Below, in pieces: positions 13,984-15,933 of a stretch of 15,933 nucleotides of DNA. Position 1 is the stretch's first letter; each line of letters starts with the position of its first letter. The stretch covers positions 1-15,933 of the forward strand of contig JACPWU010000059.1 in NCBI GenBank assembly GCA_016196885.1, written 5' to 3'. The DNA is from Chlamydiota bacterium (GTDB lineage: Bacteria; Auribacterota; JACPWU01). The notes beneath the pieces were generated by a model. The model did no database searches, was not told the origin of the DNA, and saw only the letters and a list, made by a program, of their open reading frames with translations. The position numbers and the translations under genes were made by a program.

Positions 13984-14658
13984 CTAAATTATGTTCAAAT
14001 TTGAACTCACTTTCGCGCTCTTAGCCAGAATGTTGATAGACTGTGGGATGATGAGTCCAAGCCTTTTCTCAACATAAGAGGCGATTTGAGGATTTGAGAT
14101 TTCCTTCACCCAGCGACGGACTTTTTTAAAATCAAATGTGTCAGGAAAATGTAATTCTGGAAAATAGGTAAATCTCTTCTTCTTTCTAGCGGATAGATAC
14201 AAACAATCCACCAAAGCCTTTTCAGGCTCAGCAATGAGGAAAGTCCCACGCCCCTGGTACCAATCAAACCCTTTAAAAAAAGAAGGAGCGATCTGATGAA
14301 TCAAGAACGTTCCTACCTTCGTACGAACCGTCCGGGTATGAACGCCCGCAGCAAGCGTAACCACCTGCGGAATCTGTTCAATAATCCCATATAAATGAAG
14401 GGCACTTGTAAAAGAGATATACGCACGATGCTGATTTAATAAATAGGGAATCACAGAATAGGGACTTAGCTTATGACTCCCCAACTGTAAACTCCAAAGG
14501 CCCCTCGCAATTCTAAGCACAATTCCTTTTTTTTCAAGGTGACGGAGGGCCTGAACCGTACTTGAACGCTTCCCTCCGCAACACAAGGAAAGTTCATGCG
14601 TCGTAAAAATAGATCGATCCAACTCCTTTATGGCAGACAAAACATCATATTTAGACAT
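13984..14658 (-). CDS. AbiEi-family type IV toxin-antitoxin antitoxin / wHTH transcriptional regulator (COG5340-like)
   Basis: N-terminal winged-helix pattern (FTTHELS...STVQALRHLEKKGIVLRIARGLWSL), followed by YISFTSALHLYGIIEQIPQVVTL and a C-terminal domain typical of AbiEi-like proteins. Overlaps the upstream NTase gene by 8 nt. Stop codon is TAG. Confidence 0.78.
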   Translation of the reverse strand: MSKYDVLSAIKELDRSIFTTHELSLCCGGKRSSTVQALRHLEKKGIVLRIARGLWSLQLGSHKLSPYSVIPYLLNQHRAYISFTSALHLYGIIEQIPQVVTLAAGVHTRTVRTKVGTFLIHQIAPSFFKGFDWYQGRGTFLIAEPEKALVDCLYLSARKKKRFTYFPELHFPDTFDFKKVRRWVKEISNPQIASYVEKRLGLIIPQSINILAKSAKVSSNLNII

Positions 14659-15451
14659 ATCTATCTCGCAATTCCTGAATCACTTGAGCTGTCTTTAACT
14701 GAATATCACTCCAAACATCCTCTTGGTCATAGACCGCCTGATCCTCCACAGACAGGTAAGCGACAACGGTATCTCGAAATTGCTTAAAATGAATTTCAAA
14801 AATATTTTCATAGGCCTTCTTCAGATGACTGACCGTCAGTAAATCATTTTTTAAAATACTCTTGGCCGTCTGAGGGCCCTCGTCCTGTAAATAAAGAATG
14901 TAAATATCAAAAATATCTCTGGCTTGAATCAAAGACCGACTAGCCAGCGCATCCACCTTTTGAACAATCGCTGAATGAATATCATAATGCGACACCACGA
15001 GCGGCAACATCTTGTAAGAGCGCAAGACCCCATCCGAAATAGCTCCAACAAGGGTCCTTCCCCTCAAACCCCTCCTTGAAAATTCAATCTTTGTGAAAAG
15101 ATCTTCCTCGGTCAACGTGATCAGATGAACTTTAAAACGCTGGGTCGTTTCAGTCTGCTTTGCCTTCGACAGATCAGGCCCAATGACTTTGTCAATACCA
15201 AAAGGTTTTAGAGTATCTCCAAAGGACCGATCCGTCAAAATCTTCATAACCACTTTTTTCAAACGACCCACGCTTACCGTTGAAATATCCAGATCCATAT
15301 CCTCTGAATACCTAAAACTTTTGAAGAAAAATCTTAGGTTTGCACCCCCTTTGAGTCCGTAATCCTTGGGGCGCATCTTTCGGCTAAACCACCTCAAGAA
15401 CTCAAGGTGAAAAATCTCTCTCAATTGAAGCGAAGAATAAATCTCTCTCAT
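14651..15451 (-). CDS. AbiEii/AbiGii-family nucleotidyltransferase toxin (DUF1814)
   Basis: NTase motif LKGGANLRFFFKSFRYSEDMDLDI (GG...S-x-D-x-D) and later KVDALASRSLIQARDIFDIY. Start placed at ATG 15451 (MREIYSS...). The ORF-track start at 15517 adds a non-homologous AT-rich leader overlapping the upstream gene. Confidence 0.8.
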   Translation of the reverse strand: MREIYSSLQLREIFHLEFLRWFSRKMRPKDYGLKGGANLRFFFKSFRYSEDMDLDISTVSVGRLKKVVMKILTDRSFGDTLKPFGIDKVIGPDLSKAKQTETTQRFKVHLITLTEEDLFTKIEFSRRGLRGRTLVGAISDGVLRSYKMLPLVVSHYDIHSAIVQKVDALASRSLIQARDIFDIYILYLQDEGPQTAKSILKNDLLTVSHLKKAYENIFEIHFKQFRDTVVAYLSVEDQAVYDQEDVWSDIQLKTAQVIQELRDRYV

Positions 15452-15459
15452 GATTATGT

Positions 15460-15488
15460 ATTTTAATTTAGTTAAATATAAATTGCAA
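15460..15488 (-). promoter_or_regulatory. Candidate promoter of the AbiE module, possibly giving a near-leaderless mRNA
   Basis: Minus strand reads TTGCAA (comp. 15483-15488), 17-nt spacer, TAAAAT (comp. 15460-15465). Only 8 nt separate the -10 box from the ATG, and there is no SD. The context is AT-rich, so specificity is low. Confidence 0.3.
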
Positions 15489-15503
15489 TACAAATTAAAT
15501 TTT

Positions 15504-15932
15504 TCACATACTCTCACCGCGAATGTCCTTAGACCAGCGGGTGAGTTCTAAATCTCTCATGAGCGAACGGGCCTGTAAAGGAGGCTTGACTCCTCCATCT
15601 TGAGCCATTTGTGCTTTTAAGAGGGCCGCCTCTTCTTGGGGAATTTCAAGAATCTGGATCAGCCTATTAAATTCCTCCGCAGAATCCGCACACAATACAG
15701 CCCAGACCAACCAGTCCACATCAAATCCTTCACGGGCGTAAACGGCTTGAATTCCTTTTTTTCTCAAAGAAGGGCCATAACGAAGCCAATTTTTTTCATC
15801 TCCAATGACGCGAATTTGTTCCGGTTTTTGATCAATCGCTTTGGTCAGGGGTTCACCCACATCCCCTTCCCCAGACAAAACAATCAATTCCTCAGTAGGC
15901 ACAAGCGCCCTCAAATCTTTATTTTCACCCAA
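15504..15932 (-). CDS. Hypothetical protein, C-terminal part (5' end lies outside the window)
   Basis: Open frame runs to the window edge, so the leading TTG is an artefact of the ORF caller. I recognised no diagnostic motif. There is only a weak resemblance of LIVLSGEGDVGEPL...IRVIG to NYN/LabA-like nuclease folds. Confidence 0.55.
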   Translation of the reverse strand: MGENKDLRALVPTEELIVLSGEGDVGEPLTKAIDQKPEQIRVIGDEKNWLRYGPSLRKKGIQAVYAREGFDVDWLVWAVLCADSAEEFNRLIQILEIPQEEAALLKAQMAQDGGVKPPLQARSLMRDLELTRWSKDIRGESM

Positions 15933-15933
15933 A

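Noticed and set aside
15452-15517. Longer AbiEii start at 15517
   Set aside because: It adds 22 AT-rich-encoded residues with no family similarity and overlaps the upstream gene end. Family-like sequence starts at MREIYSS.

Overview
This is a moderately AT-rich bacterial chromosomal window, mostly housekeeping genes on the minus strand. All functional calls rest on motifs recognised by eye, not on database searches.

Contents from left to right:
- tRNA-Leu(CAG), whose 3' flank holds C-rich copies of the tRNA 3' end, a heptamer array, and a 121-bp MITE-like insertion with perfect 21-bp terminal inverted repeats and a 9-bp target-site duplication.
- An SDR oxidoreductase and a DUF309 protein.
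- A monocistronic secreted Tyr/Gly/His-rich mini-protein.
- A TIGR02757/DUF2400 gene broken by one in-frame TAG.
- asd, then a DmlA/TtuC-like LeuB bracketed by inverted AT-rich palindromic repeats.
- A Nudix ADP-ribose pyrophosphatase.
- accA, preceded by a 125-nt GC-rich rod-like structured element.
- A tightly coupled envelope/lipid gene string: flippase-like UPF0104, GT39 ArnT-like, psd, pssA, and a LysM-YkuD L,D-transpeptidase.
- rpoZ-grpE.
- An AbiEii/AbiEi type IV toxin-antitoxin pair in reversed gene order.

I saw no rRNA, CRISPR array, transposase or integrase gene.

The most noteworthy observations are the GTAG-headed REPIN-like double hairpins (two copies with a compensatory stem swap), the structured candidate leader upstream of accA, the repeats bracketing leuB with a variable heptamer array, the reversed AbiE module, and the Tyr/Gly/His-rich secreted protein.
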